A DNA stretch of 64,000 nucleotides from Alphaproteobacteria bacterium (GTDB lineage: Bacteria; Pseudomonadota; Alphaproteobacteria; MPNO01; UBA830). The notes under the pieces are model-generated. The model made no database searches. It had not been told where the DNA came from and saw nothing but the letters and a program-made list of their open reading frames with translations. The stretch lies in the NCBI GenBank assembly GCA_964291215.2, contig OZ219791.1, positions 736,001-800,000 of the forward strand, given 5' to 3'. Made by a program: the position numbers and the translations under genes. Below are positions 18,970 through 30,704 of this stretch, one piece after another; position 1 is the first letter of the stretch; each line of letters opens with the position of its first letter.

Positions 18970-19992
18970 ATGTATGGATGGGAGATGAGGATGTTGTTGA
19001 AGCACTATCTGGACCAAGGCGTTTCGAAGGCGGAGCTGTCGCGCCGGTTCGGGGTGAACCGGCGCACGATCCATTACTGGATCGAGACGGGCCAACTGGA
19101 CCGTGATCTGTCGGTCGGCCCGCGAGATTATGCGCCGCGTCACCCGGTGGCTCACAAGCTGGATCCCTACAAGGGGATCATCGACGCGCGCCTTGAGGAG
19201 TTCCCGAAGCTCTCGGCGAAGCGTCTGTTCGACGAGGTTCGCGCGGCGGGCTACCCGGGCGGCTATCGCCGCGTGCTGGACTATGTGCGTGCGACGCGGC
19301 CGCGCGAGCCGGTCGAGGCGGTGGTGCGGTTCGAGACGCCGGCGGGTCGCCAGGGCCAGGTGGACTTCGGGACGTTCCGGCCTCCCTGGGGCCGGCGTCA
19401 TGCCTTGGTGGTGGTGCTGGGCTACTCCCGGCTTCTGTGGCTGCGGTTCTTCCCCCGGCAGACGATGGCAGTGCTGATGGAGGGACTGGAGAGCGCCTTC
19501 GGTCGGTTCGGCGGGGTTCCGGAGGAGCTGCTGTTCGACCAGATGCGCGCGGTGGTGCTGTCCGACGACCGCACCGGCGCCGGCGGCCTGGTGCTCAACG
19601 CGGAGTTCCTGCGCTTCGCCACGCACTGGGGGTTCATGCCCCGCTCGTGCCGCCCCTATCGGGCCCGGACGAAGGGCAAGGTGGAGCGTCCGATCCGCTA
19701 CATCCGCGAGAGCTTCTTCTACGGACGCAGCTTCGCGAACGACGACGATCTCAACCAACAGGCCGCGGGCTGGCTGGAGGGTACGGCCAACGTTCGCCGG
19801 CACGCCACGACCGGGGAACGCCCCGTCGACCGCTTCGAGCGCGACGAACGGGCGGCGCTTCGCCCCCTGGCCATCTCTCCCTACCGGCGTCTCGGCCTCC
19901 GCCAGGCTCCGGAGCCCGCACGACGGCGCTTTCCGACAAGTGTGGAGGTCGAACGGCGCCCGCTCAGCGTCTATGCGGAGGCGCTGCAATGA
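18970..19992 (+). CDS. istA: IS21 transposase
   Basis: RFETPAGRQGQVDFG, FDQM and TKGKVER motifs. Confidence 0.95.
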   Translation: MYGWEMRMLLKHYLDQGVSKAELSRRFGVNRRTIHYWIETGQLDRDLSVGPRDYAPRHPVAHKLDPYKGIIDARLEEFPKLSAKRLFDEVRAAGYPGGYRRVLDYVRATRPREPVEAVVRFETPAGRQGQVDFGTFRPPWGRRHALVVVLGYSRLLWLRFFPRQTMAVLMEGLESAFGRFGGVPEELLFDQMRAVVLSDDRTGAGGLVLNAEFLRFATHWGFMPRSCRPYRARTKGKVERPIRYIRESFFYGRSFANDDDLNQQAAGWLEGTANVRRHATTGERPVDRFERDERAALRPLAISPYRRLGLRQAPEPARRRFPTSVEVERRPLSVYAEALQ

Positions 19993-20786
19993 AGCCCCCG
20001 GCGTCGAGCCGGCGCGACAGGCTGCGGGCGATGCTGGCCGACCTGAAGATGCCCGGCGCGCTGGAGGCCGTCGACGGCATCCTGTCCGAAGCCGACGGCG
20101 GCTTGATCACCGCGGCCGAGGCCATCCAGCAGTTGCTGAACGCCCAGATCGTGCTCCGCAACAACCGCAGGCTCCAGACCGCCATGCGCTCGTCCAGGCT
20201 GCCCGCGGTCAAGACGCTCGACCAGTTCGACTTCGCCTTCCAGCCCAGCATCAAGCGCGAGCAGATCGAGAGCCTACACGAGCTCGGCTTCGTCGACCGT
20301 CGCGAGAACGTGATCCTGCTTGGTCCGCCCGGGGTCGGCAAAACGCATCTGGCCATAAGCCTCGCGATCGCCGCGGCCGAAGCTGGACGGCGCGTCTACT
20401 ACGGCACGCTCGCAGGGCTGATCGACTCCCTCACCGAGGCCAAGGCCGCCGGCAACCTGTCCCACCGGCTGCGCGTGCTCACACACCCGGCGCTGCTGGT
20501 GGTCGACGAGATCGGCTACCTGCCCGTCAACCAGGACGGCGCCGTGCTCTTCTTCCAGCTCATCAACGCCATGCACGAGAAGGCATCGACCGTGCTGACC
20601 TCGAACAAGGGCTTCGAGGACTGGGGCGGCGTGCTCGGCGACGAGGTCATGGCGGCGGCTCTCATCGACCGCCTGGTCCACCACTGCCACATCGTCAACA
20701 TCCGCGGGAACTCCTACCGGATGCGCGATCATCAGAACCTGTTGCAGTCCGGCTCGGACCGGCGACGCAGGAGGGCCGCGGCGTGA
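19989..20786 (+). CDS. istB: IS21 helper ATPase
   Basis: GPPGVGKT, VDEIGY and DRLVHH motifs; ATGA overlap with istA. Confidence 0.95.
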   Translation: MKPPASSRRDRLRAMLADLKMPGALEAVDGILSEADGGLITAAEAIQQLLNAQIVLRNNRRLQTAMRSSRLPAVKTLDQFDFAFQPSIKREQIESLHELGFVDRRENVILLGPPGVGKTHLAISLAIAAAEAGRRVYYGTLAGLIDSLTEAKAAGNLSHRLRVLTHPALLVVDEIGYLPVNQDGAVLFFQLINAMHEKASTVLTSNKGFEDWGGVLGDEVMAAALIDRLVHHCHIVNIRGNSYRMRDHQNLLQSGSDRRRRRAAA

Positions 20787-21115
20787 TCGTCGGTCAAAAC
20801 AAAAACGACAACCGTGACGGCCGCCCGCTATGGATAACCGGGTTGGCGCCGCCTGACTCGTGGCGGTCGCTGCGCCAACCCGGTTACCCACAGCTCCACC
20901 GAGGCCCACTCTCCCAGCACCGTGCCGGGCGAAAGGGGTCAAAGACAAAAGTGAGCAATTTTCACTTGCCAAAAATGCGCAATTTTCGGCTGCCATTGAC
21001 ACCGTTGTGTTCGGTTCCTCGATAAGGAAGTGCAATGGAATGGGGATGGACGGGCTGCGCGTCTCGGGCGCGAGAGAATCCCCGCGTTCCGGCAGGGGTT
21101 TGTAACAGCGGCGAG

Positions 21116-21591
21116 TCAGGCGCGCGCGCAGCGTAGCGGCAGGGACCGGAGGCCGCGCAGCACGATGTCGTTGCGATAGTTCGGGCGTCCGCCGAGCAGG
21201 TCGATCCGCGCGAAGCGCTCCAGCAGCATCTCGAACGCGATCCTTCCCTGAAGGCGGGCAAGCGGCGCGCCGAGGCAGTGGTGGATGCCGCGCCCGAGCG
21301 AGAGGTGGGGACAGTTGGCGCGGCCGACGTCGAGGCGGTCGGGCTCCTCGAAGATGTCGGGGTTCCGGTTGGCGCCGCCGAGCACGACGGCGATGTTGTC
21401 GCCGGCGCGGAGCTCGATCCCGTTCACCGCGCAGTCGGCGCGAACGCGCCGGAACGTCGTCTGCACCGGGAAATCGTAGCGCAGCAACTCCTCGACGGCC
21501 GCTGGCATGAGGCCCGGATCGTCACGGAGCCGGACGAGCTGGTTCGGGTGGTCGAGCAGCGCGAGCATGTCGTTGCCGATCAGGTTGGTGG
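21116..21591 (-). pseudogene. Cytochrome P450, C-terminal fragment truncated at an intron
   Basis: TNLIGN I-helix end, EELLR (ExxR), heme motif LGRGIHHCLG; N-terminal part absent. Confidence 0.88.
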
Positions 21592-23232
21592 GAGCGCCAG
21601 GCTAACTGGTAGGATGTCGCCGGGTGAGAGCCCCGGCAGGAAGAAAGGCTAACCACCACTTCCTCCGTGAGCCATGCGTCGTGAGGCGTCAGGCGAAGCG
21701 TTGGGGAGCGGCAAGCCGGGCTATTGAGCCACGAGAAACTGTGAAACCGGAGTGCCGAGGTCGTCCACCAGGCCGAAGGCAACACCCTGCGAGCCGCGTT
21801 TGGTGAGGCGAGCAGGGGCTCCGCGGGGTCTGAGAACCATGGCTGAAGCAGGGACCTGGGAGGTCTTGCCCCACTGTCGTAGAGGGGTCGCAGAGGAAAG
21901 GAACTATTCCGTAACCCGATGATGAACGAGAAGTCAGATTCGGCCATAGTACCGTCGAAGGCGGCGAACAAGGGTCCCTCGGAGCCTGCGGAGCTGCTGG
22001 AGGGAAGGGAAATGCGGTTGGCCCGCGCCGCGCGCAGAAGCGGGGGTCACAGGCGGCCGAACGCATACGACAAGTTGCGAAGAGGAATCCGGAAGAGCGT
22101 CTTGTGACGTTGCTCCACCACGTGATGTCCTGCACGCGGCGTTTCACTCCTTGAGAAAGGACGCGGCAGCGGGCGTGGACGGAGTTACGTGGCACGCGTA
22201 TGCGGAAGGTGTGGAACTGGTCGACCTGCCGTGTGCACAGGGGCGGGCGCCTCCGTCGGGTATACATACCCAAGGAGGGCAACGACTGCTTGCCTCGGAC
22301 AAGATTCTTCAGCGGGCAGTGACGGACACGATTCTGGTACCGCGAGACGGAGTTCCTCGGGTTCAGTTATGGTTTCCGGCCGGGACGCACAATGCGCTCG
22401 ATGCAGTCACGGTGGAACGGCGGAAGGTCAACTGGATCGTTGACGCCCCTTCGACAACCGCGACCACCTGGTCGCGATGCTCGAGAGACGGATCGGGGGG
22501 TCTGATCATCAAGTGACGCTGGCGTCATGGAGCGACACCGGTGTTGGTTCGCCGCAGGGCGCAGCCCCTGCCTGGCGAACGTTTACCTGCACTACGTGAC
22601 TGGTTTCAGAACCACTGGCGCAAACGGATGACTGACACGATCATCGTGCGTTATGCGGATGATTTTGTGTGCGGCTTCCAGGATCAGGGCGATGCGAAGC
22701 GCTGGGACCTCGAGGAGAGGTTGGCTCACTTGAACTGCACCCGGACAATCATCGAGTTCGGTCGGTTTGCGAGAGCGAACCGCCGGAAGCGGGGGCAAGA
22801 CGTTCGACTTCCTCGGTATGACGCACTATTGCGAGCAGACGGGGAAGGGCAAGTTCAGGGTTGGCCGCAAACCATCCCAGAAACGGGCACCCTGCGGCGG
22901 ATCAAGGAGGCGCTGCGCAAGCGGTGGCACGACAATCGGCACAAGACGGCCAAGTGGCGAGTGATCAAAGGCTGCTACTACGCCGTTCCGGGAAGCAGTG
23001 AGTCCCTGCAGGGGTTCATATACCAATGCAAACGGCTGCGTGCCCTTCGGCGGCGTTCCCAAAAGGATCGCACCGAATGGAGGGACATGGACACCCTCAT
23101 CGAAGCTCACTGGCCTAAGGCCAGCATCCGTGGCCAAACCAGCGCCTTGTCGTCAGGGGAGGAGCCGGATGCGAACAGCGCAAGTCCGGATATGTGCGGG
23201 GGGACCGGGGAAACCCGGTTCCCTACCGCGAT
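21592..23232 (+). mobile_element. Degenerate group II intron (same family as 254-3273)
   Basis: GAGCGCCAGG start; IVRYADDFV; domain V/VI ending CCCTACCGCGAT. Confidence 0.87.
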
Positions 23233-23495
23233 AAAAGAATGCGGGGCTCGCTGTCTTCACCTTGCCCGATGCTCACCGCAAGCGCATGCGAACCTCGAAC
23301 GGCATCGAGCGGCCGATTCAGCAAGAGCTCAAGCGGCGCACCTCCAAAGTCAGGGTCTTTCCGAACCTCGCCTCGTTGGAGCGCCTCTCAACCGCAGTCC
23401 TCATCGACGAAAAATGGGAAACCGAAACCAAGGCATACATCAAATGGGAACGGCTCGATCAGCTTCACGACAATTTCCAGACATCAGGTTGCGTA
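23233..23495 (+). pseudogene. IS256-family transposase C-terminal remnant
   Basis: HRKRMRTSNGIER...ELKRRTSKVRVFPNLASLERL. Confidence 0.8.
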
Positions 23496-23750
23496 ATCCA
23501 ATCCACACAGCCAACCGCTCAAAAGCGCGGTTTTCCGCCGATATCCCGCCGTTCTGAATCGCCGTCAACACCGTATCGTCCACCGCGACGAGATTACGGT
23601 CCTGAACATCCACAAGCCCGTCAGACGGCGCCAACCGCGTGGACCTCCCGACCCCGAACCAACCATCGAAGCCTTCGTCGTCGATGTCGCACGCCTGGCA
23701 GGCTTCATCCCCAGCAAACGCCAACCCCTGCCGGGAACCCAGAAACTCTG

Positions 23751-26141
23751 GTGCGCCAGGCGAACTGGCAGAAGGTAGGGGGTGTAAGTCCCCCGAAACG
23801 AAGGAGTAGCCAAACCACGTTTCTCCGCGAGCGTCGGTCCCCGTGAGGGGGCGGGCGAAGCGTCGGTAGCGGTGCGGATGGGCGGGGCTAATGAGCACCG
23901 AAAAAGAGATGATTCGGGGTGCCGAGGCTTTCAGAGTGGCCGAAGGCAACATCGCAGACATCGATATGGTGAGATGAGCCCCGCGGTGTCCAAGAACCCG
24001 TCCGTACGCCTTCTGTTGGGGCCCTGGGAGATCTTCAAACTATCCCGCCTGTCGGGACCGTGTAGGGAAAGGAGAAAGCCTATGACGAACGGTTTGAAGA
24101 AGAGGCCCTGTGAAGGCGGCGAACAAGGAAGCTTCTGCGGAGGAGGAAAGGGCCTCAACCAAGGGGAATTCGGGACGTCGAAGCACGCGCCGAACACAGA
24201 GTCGGGTGCCACAGGAGGCGGACCGGAGCTGCAAAGAGGAACCCGAAGGAGCGTGCGCTCTTCCACCACGCCGGATGCACTCCGGTCGGCCTGAAGAAGG
24301 AAGCCGCGGCAGGGGGCGTGATGGCGAAGATCTGGACGAGCGCCTGCTCGACTTGCACTCGCGCCTGCATCGAGGGGGAGCGTACCGGACGTCGCCGGGG
24401 GTGGAGATACCCAAGCCGGGATACGACCGCTTGCTGCACTGGAAGACAAGATCGTCCAGAAGGCAGTTGTGGATGTGATCCTGACACCGATCTACGAGGT
24501 GGAGTTCCTTGGCTACGGGTTCCGGCCGGGCCGAGGGACGCTCTCGACGCCTTGGCGTACGGGATCGAACGGCGCAAGGTCAACTGGATTGTTGATGCGG
24601 ACATTCGGGCATACTTCGACACAATCCCGAGGGATTGGTTGATTACGTTCCTCAAGTACCGCATTGGCGACAGGCGAGTGCTGATCCGCAAGTGGCTGAA
24701 CGCTGGCGTCATGGAGCGACACAGGTGTCGGGACGCCGCAGGGCGCGATTGTCAGCCCCTGCGAACATATTCCTGCACTACGTGCTTGATCTGTGGTTCC
24801 ACAAGGCGTCCGAAGGTTCCGGACGGCCAAGCGATCATTGTCCGGGACGATATCGTGGTCAGGTTTCAGCACAAGCGGGATGCGGAGCAATACCTTCGCG
24901 ATGTTCGGGAAAGGCCGCTTCGGTCTCGACCTGCACCCGGACAAGACTCGTCTTGTCGAGTTCGTCCGGTTCGCCATGGCGAACTGCCTGAAGCGCGGGT
25001 TCGACTTCCTGGGCTTCAGGCACTTCTGCACGAGGACCCGGACAGGACGGTTCAGGCTCGGTCGCAAAACGGGTCGCAAGGACCCTAGCGCGTATCGAGG
25101 AGGGGCTTCGCAAACGGTAACTGCTCACCCCTGCTGGTCATGGATTGCCGTTCCTGACGGCGTTCGGGGTCAAGCATCTTTTCTCGTCCCCTTCCCTCGC
25201 CGATTGCCGGAAACCGGAGGTGCGGGTTCCGATGGCAAGAACCGTTCCGGTCTTCGGCCGGTCTTGCTTTCCAGCCGGTGTCGCCGGGTCTGCAATGCGG
25301 TACCGAGCCCGCGGCGCGGGTTCCATCGTGCCGGCTGAGGAATCCGGCGGTGCAGCTTCAGATGTCCTGACCTCGGGATTCTGGCAGCCAAGAACCATGA
25401 GCTTCCGGCGGCCGTTCAGGCGGGCTTCGGAGGCAGTTCGTAGACCATGCGGAGCTCGGTTCCGGGAAAGCAGGTGCCGGTTTCGTTGAGTTCCTTCAGC
25501 AGCCCTGCGATGGCGGCGTTGCAGGCGGATCCGGGGATGCGCACCCGGAGGATCCCCGGTTCAGGTTCGGGGAGGATGTCGGCGTCGGCCTGCAGGAGGG
25601 CGCGGAGGGGTTTTCGCGGGCGCGGTTTCCTGCCCTGCTCCTTCGCCACGGCCGCCATCGTCCGGGTTTCGGCGCGGTAGGCGATCATGCGCAGGATGTC
25701 GAGCCGGTGCTTCTCCCGGAACGGAAGAGCATCGAGGGCCGGATCGGCGGCGAGTTCCTAGATGCGAACGCCGTCAGGAAAGGCGGCCAATGATCAGCAG
25801 GGGCGAGCAGTTACCGCAAACGATGGCATTACGACATATGGGAGGTTGGCAAATGGCGAGTCTGTCAAGGCTGGCTCAACTACTTCGCCGTTCCGGGTCG
25901 ATGGCTGTACACGTTCCGTCAGAGGCTGAAACGCCGGTGGATGCGGGCGATACGCCGCCGCTCCCAACGCCACCGCTTCAACTGGAAGCGATTGGAGCGC
26001 ATGACCGAACTTCTTTGGCCGCCCATCCGTCACCCATGGCCGGACCAGAGGTTTGTCGTCAAGCACCCGAGGCCGGATGGATTAGCGTCCAAGTCCGGAT
26101 CTGTGCGGGGGGTGCGCAGCAATGCGCATTCCTACCGCGAC
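23751..26141 (+). mobile_element. Degenerate group II intron, second family, interrupted by a short IS66-type element
   Basis: GTGCGCCAGG start; EDKIVQ, VDADIRAYFD and FDFLG; domain V/VI ending CCTACCGCGAC. Confidence 0.87.
25117..25814. mobile_element. Non-autonomous IS66-type element (698 bp) carrying a foreign transposase-like fragment
   Basis: 24-bp IRs GTAACTGCTC(A/G)CCCCTGCTG(G/A)TCA; 8-bp TSD CGCAAACG; internal ORF remnant 25416-25688. Confidence 0.85.
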
Positions 26142-26489
26142 GCAGGGATACACACTCCTCCTCTACTTCGTCGAGCATCACAGAAAAATGCGGGAACACG
26201 ATATGCAGGAATCAGAGGCCTCGGTAGTGTCAGGTTGAAAGCCCCGGCACTGGCCGCATGAGATGAACAAATGGAAATGAGCCTACAACTGCCATACGAG
26301 ACTCTCACCCTCCTATTCTTGGTGATGTGAAGTGATCGGAGGCTCAACCGTGGCCTGGGTCGAGGTTGTGCCTGCGGTTTCGAGGTTCTGCTGACGCGTG
26401 CTCTTCTGTTGCGGCGACGCGTGCGGCGCCATTGGCCGGGTTTGGTGTGTCTGGGGTGCCGACCATGCGGCCCGGAGCCTCCTCCGCGG

Positions 26490-27404
26490 TCAGCCCAGGC
26501 ACCAGGCAAGGATGCCCTTCTGTGCATGCAGCCGGTTCTCCGCTTCGTCCCAGACGACGGACTGCGGACCGTCAAGCACGCCTGCTGATACCTCTTCCCC
26601 CCTGTGCGCCGGCAGGCAGTGCATGAAGATGGCGTCGGGTCCGGCGTGGGCCATCAGCTCCTCATCCACCCTGTAAGGCGCGAGCACCCGTTTCCTCTTT
26701 TCGGCCCCGGACTGGCCCATGGAGACCCATGTATCGGTGACCACGCAGTCGGCACCGTCGACAGCCTCACGGGGGTCTTCGTAGATCTCGACCGTCGCGC
26801 CTTCGCCACGCGCCCAGGCGACGCTATCCGCAGGCGGCGCGAGTTCGGCCGGACATGCAAGCCGCATGCTGAATCCGAAACGGCCGGCAGCCTCGATCCA
26901 CGTCCGTGCCATGTTGTTGCCGTCCCCGCTCCACGCGATCCGGCGGCTGCTGATATCGCCGCGATGTTCCTCGAAGGTCATGATGTCGGCCATGAGTTGG
27001 CACGGGTGCGAGCGGTCAGTCAGGCCGTTGATCACCGGGACGCCGGCGCCTGCCGCGAGTTCTCGGAGCACCGCATCGTCGGCGGTGCGGATCATGATCG
27101 CGTCGACATAGCGCGACAGCACCCGCGCGGTGTCGTTGACGGTCTCGCCGCGTCCGAGCTGCATTTCCGTTGCCGTCATCACCACAACGTTTCCGCCGAG
27201 CTGCTTCATCGCGATCTCGAACGAGACCCGGGTGCGGGTCGACGGCTTCTCGAAGATCATCGCGAGCGACTTGCCGGCAAGAGCCCGGGTTCCGGGATCG
27301 TCCGTCCCGTTGCGCTTGAAGCCGGCGGAGGCATCGAGGATGCGCCGGAGGACTGGCGCCTCGATCGCCGAGAGTTCCAGAAAATGTCGTGGCGCCGCCG
27401 TCAT
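26490..27404 (-). CDS. argF: Ornithine carbamoyltransferase
   Basis: [12 protein letters not shown] and HCLP motifs. Confidence 0.96.
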   Translation of the reverse strand: MTAAPRHFLELSAIEAPVLRRILDASAGFKRNGTDDPGTRALAGKSLAMIFEKPSTRTRVSFEIAMKQLGGNVVVMTATEMQLGRGETVNDTARVLSRYVDAIMIRTADDAVLRELAAGAGVPVINGLTDRSHPCQLMADIMTFEEHRGDISSRRIAWSGDGNNMARTWIEAAGRFGFSMRLACPAELAPPADSVAWARGEGATVEIYEDPREAVDGADCVVTDTWVSMGQSGAEKRKRVLAPYRVDEELMAHAGPDAIFMHCLPAHRGEEVSAGVLDGPQSVVWDEAENRLHAQKGILAWCLG

Positions 27405-28585
27405 CTGGCAACGTTCTGGAAACATTCATCGAGTATCGCGACCGCCTCGCGGCAGTGGCTCTCCGCGGCCACGAGGGGAGGAAGAAGGCGGACCACATTG
27501 TCCGCCGCCGGCACCGTCAGCAGGCCGCGTTCGAAGGCGGCGGCCACGATCTCGGCATTAGGAACGATGCATTTCAGCCCCCACATCATGCCGACGCCGC
27601 GCGCCTCGGCGATCGCTCCGGGGTGTCGTTCGGCAAGCCGGCCGAGCTCGGCGCCGAGGAAGCTGCCGGTTGCCGCGACGCCCGCGAGAAAGCCGTCTTC
27701 GAGCAGGATGTCGAGCACGGCATTGGCCGCTGCCGCCGCGAGGGGGTTGCCTCCGAACGTGCTGCCGTGGGTTCCTGGCGTTATGCCGTCGGCCGCGGCC
27801 GCCGTTGCCAGGCAGGCGCCGATGGGAAAGCCTCCGCCCAGCCCCTTGGCAAGGGCCATCACGTCCGGCTCGACGCCGGACAGCTGGTATCCCCAGAGCT
27901 CGCCCGTGCGGCCGACGCCGGTCTGCACTTCGTCGAATATCAGCAGCAGCCCGTACTCGTCGCAGGCCGCCCTGAGATCCCGCAGGAACGCCGGATCCGT
28001 CGGGCGCACGCCGCCCTCGCCCTGGACCGCTTCGACGATGATTCCCGCGGTCTCCTCGCTGATCGCGTTCCGTACCTCGTTCATGTTTCCGAAAGCGACA
28101 TGATCGAAGCCGTCCACCGCTGGGCCGAAGCCGGCGCGATGGGCGTCGCTGCTGCCGGCCGAAATGGTTGCCAGTGTTCGGCCGTGGAAGCTACCGTCGA
28201 ACGAAATCAGGCGGTAGCGCTCGGGATTGTCGTTGTTGCTGTGATGCTTGCGCGCGACCTTGATGCTGGCCTCGACCGCCTCGGCGCCGGAATTGCAGAA
28301 GAACACGGTGTCGGCGAAGGAGTGTGCGGTCAATCTGTCCGCCAGCCTTTCCTGGCCCGGGATGCGGTACAGGTTGGAGGTGTGCCAGAGACGGCCGGCC
28401 TGTTCGGTGAGCGCCGCGACAAGATGCGGATGGTTGTGGCCGAGCGATACGACCGCCACGCCAGCCCCGAAATCGAGGAATTTCCGGCCGTCGGCGGCAA
28501 GGAGGTAGACGCCGTCGCCGCGCTCGAACGCCACGTCGGTTCGCGCGTAGGACGGCATTATCGCCCGGTTCGCCACTTGGCTCAC
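27401..28585 (-). CDS. argD: Acetylornithine aminotransferase
   Basis: [18 protein letters not shown] and HGSTFGGNP; adjacent to argF. Confidence 0.94.
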   Translation of the reverse strand: MSQVANRAIMPSYARTDVAFERGDGVYLLAADGRKFLDFGAGVAVVSLGHNHPHLVAALTEQAGRLWHTSNLYRIPGQERLADRLTAHSFADTVFFCNSGAEAVEASIKVARKHHSNNDNPERYRLISFDGSFHGRTLATISAGSSDAHRAGFGPAVDGFDHVAFGNMNEVRNAISEETAGIIVEAVQGEGGVRPTDPAFLRDLRAACDEYGLLLIFDEVQTGVGRTGELWGYQLSGVEPDVMALAKGLGGGFPIGACLATAAAADGITPGTHGSTFGGNPLAAAAANAVLDILLEDGFLAGVAATGSFLGAELGRLAERHPGAIAEARGVGMMWGLKCIVPNAEIVAAAFERGLLTVPAADNVVRLLPPLVAAESHCREAVAILDECFQNVAR

Positions 28586-28701
28586 GGCCTGTCTCCCGTT
28601 TCTGTGTCAATGGGCCCCGGGACCGGGGCGGCTCGAATATGTTCACGCTGCTGCCCGCTGTCAATCGACTGCGGGGCGCGGGATCCCCGGCGCGGCGGCG
28701 G

Positions 28702-29775
28702 TCAGGGCTCAGCCGCGGCTCCCGTCGCGTCGGCCTGTTCCGCGGCTGCGAGGCGCCGTCTGACCGGGAAGAGCTGCAGGTTGTAGCGCTGCGACACGTA
28801 GCCCCAGATGCCTTGTGGCGCGAACAGCATGATGGCGATCGCCATTGCGCCGAGCAGCATCAGGTACCAGGTCCCGTAGTCCGAGAGATAGTTCTGCAGG
28901 ACGAAAAACACGAGTACGCCGATGATCGGCCCCTCAACGGTGCCGATGCCGCCGATGACGACGATGAAGATGACAAAGGCGGTCCAGTCGATGACCGAGA
29001 ATGCGGCGTCGGGAGAGATCCGCGCCTTCTGGAAATAGATCAGAGCGCCGGTGATGCCGGTGCCGAATGCGGCAACCACGAACACCCAGAGCTTGGTCCT
29101 GAAGCCGCGTACGCCGAGGCTGCCCGCCGCCGCTTCCGAGTCCCGTATCGCGGCGAGGGCGAGCCCGTGGCGGGAGCGCAGGATCGCGCAGACGAGCACA
29201 ATGGTCCCCGCGGCGAGCAGCAGCGCAAGCCAGTAGGCCTCGATGTCGCGGGCGGCCGAGGTGCGCACGCCGAACAGGTCCTTGATGAAGTCGAGGCCGT
29301 AGATCCCGCTTGTCGCGCTGCGCGGCAGCGAGGTGCCGGTGCCGCCACCGACGCTCTTCCATTGCGCGAGCACGAGGCGCGCGACCTCCGCCGCGACCCA
29401 GGTGCCGATGGCGAAATAGGCGCCGCGCAGGCGGAAAATCACGAGCGCCGTCGGCACCGCCAGCGCCGCCGCGACGAAGCCGGCAAGCATGACCGCGATC
29501 AGCGGATCGAGACCGTACAGGATCGTGGCCGCGAACAGCGTGTAGCCGCCGAGACCAACGAAAGCCTGCTGGCCGACGGAAACCAGGCCGGCATAGCCGG
29601 CGAGGAGGTTCCAGTACTGCGCCAGCGCCAGCATCGTGAACACGAAGAAGAGATCCTGGATGATGCTTCGGGAAACAAAGGCCGGAGCGACGATCAGAAG
29701 CACGAGGAGGCCGGCGCCGGCCAGCGCGGTGGCGGACGAGAGGCGTGTGCGCGTTTCTATGCGGAAGCGGGACAT
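28702..29775 (-). CDS. Branched-chain amino acid-type ABC permease (LivM-like)
   Basis: GYAGLVSVGQ, LRGAYFAI and GGIGT motifs. Confidence 0.9.
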   Translation of the reverse strand: MSRFRIETRTRLSSATALAGAGLLVLLIVAPAFVSRSIIQDLFFVFTMLALAQYWNLLAGYAGLVSVGQQAFVGLGGYTLFAATILYGLDPLIAVMLAGFVAAALAVPTALVIFRLRGAYFAIGTWVAAEVARLVLAQWKSVGGGTGTSLPRSATSGIYGLDFIKDLFGVRTSAARDIEAYWLALLLAAGTIVLVCAILRSRHGLALAAIRDSEAAAGSLGVRGFRTKLWVFVVAAFGTGITGALIYFQKARISPDAAFSVIDWTAFVIFIVVIGGIGTVEGPIIGVLVFFVLQNYLSDYGTWYLMLLGAMAIAIMLFAPQGIWGYVSQRYNLQLFPVRRRLAAAEQADATGAAAEP

Positions 29776-29780
29776 GGGCT

Positions 29781-30650
29781 TCAGTCCACCGCGCGCGGAA
29801 ACAGCCCGCGCGGCCGCAGTACCAAGATGACCAGGAACACCACGTGCCCGGAGAGAATCTGCCATTCGGGATTGATCTTCGCGCCGATGGTCTGCGCCAC
29901 CCCGAGAATCACGCCGCCGGCGAGCGTGCCCCAGAGGCTGCCGAGGCCGCCGATGATCACCGCCTCGAACGCGTAGAGGAGGCGGAATGCGCCAATCGTC
30001 GGGTCGAACTGGGCGCGGTTTCCAAAATAAAGCGCCGATATCGCGACGACGACGAAGGCCACGGCGGTCGCGATGGCGAATATCCGCCGGTTGTCGATGC
30101 CCATCAGCTGGGCGGTCGCCGGGTCATCCGAAGTCGCCCGGAAGGCGCGCCCGAGTTCGGTCCGGTACATCATCCAGTTGAGCGCGACGATCGCCGCGAC
30201 CGCAGTCGCGAAGGTCATCAGTGGAAGGACGCCGACGGCGATGCCGCCGCCCAGCGACCATGACGCGGTCTCGATGTCGAAGGCCTGCAGCCGCCGGCTG
30301 TCGGCGCTGAAGCTCTCGAGGAGGCCGTTCTGGATGACGATCGAGATGCCGAAGGTCACGAGAAGCGGCGGCAGGATGTCGCGGCCGAGCGTCAGGTTGA
30401 GCAGGTAGCGCTGCGTCGCGTAGCCGAGTGCGAACATCACGGGCAGGACGGCGGCGGCGGCCAGGAACATGTTGGCACCGAACGAGTCGGCGACCAGGAG
30501 GATGAGGAACGCCGCGAGCACGATGAGGTCGCCGTGGGCGAGATTGACCAGCCGCATGATGCCGAACATCAGCGACAGTCCCGCTGCGAACAAGGCGTAG
30601 AGCCCGCCCAGCAGGACGCCCTGCAGGATCGCGTCAACCCAGCTGAGCAT
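29781..30650 (-). CDS. Branched-chain amino acid-type ABC permease (LivH-like)
   Basis: VNLAHG and IIGGLGS motifs. Confidence 0.9.
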   Translation of the reverse strand: MLSWVDAILQGVLLGGLYALFAAGLSLMFGIMRLVNLAHGDLIVLAAFLILLVADSFGANMFLAAAAVLPVMFALGYATQRYLLNLTLGRDILPPLLVTFGISIVIQNGLLESFSADSRRLQAFDIETASWSLGGGIAVGVLPLMTFATAVAAIVALNWMMYRTELGRAFRATSDDPATAQLMGIDNRRIFAIATAVAFVVVAISALYFGNRAQFDPTIGAFRLLYAFEAVIIGGLGSLWGTLAGGVILGVAQTIGAKINPEWQILSGHVVFLVILVLRPRGLFPRAVD

Positions 30651-30704
30651 CGTTCCACCCTGCGTGGTGACTGGCCGGTTCCGGTGAAGGCCGTCGGTGA
30701 ACGG

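Larger units (their letters stand above)
18847..21001 (+). mobile_element. IS21-family element, intact
   Basis: TG...CA ends TGTTGGTGGCA and TGCCATTGACA; 4-bp TSD CCGT; subterminal repeats. Confidence 0.9.

Noticed and set aside
254-26141. RT fragments as retron, DGR or defence-associated RT
   Set aside because: All lie within GTGCG...domain V/VI boundaries typical of group II introns.
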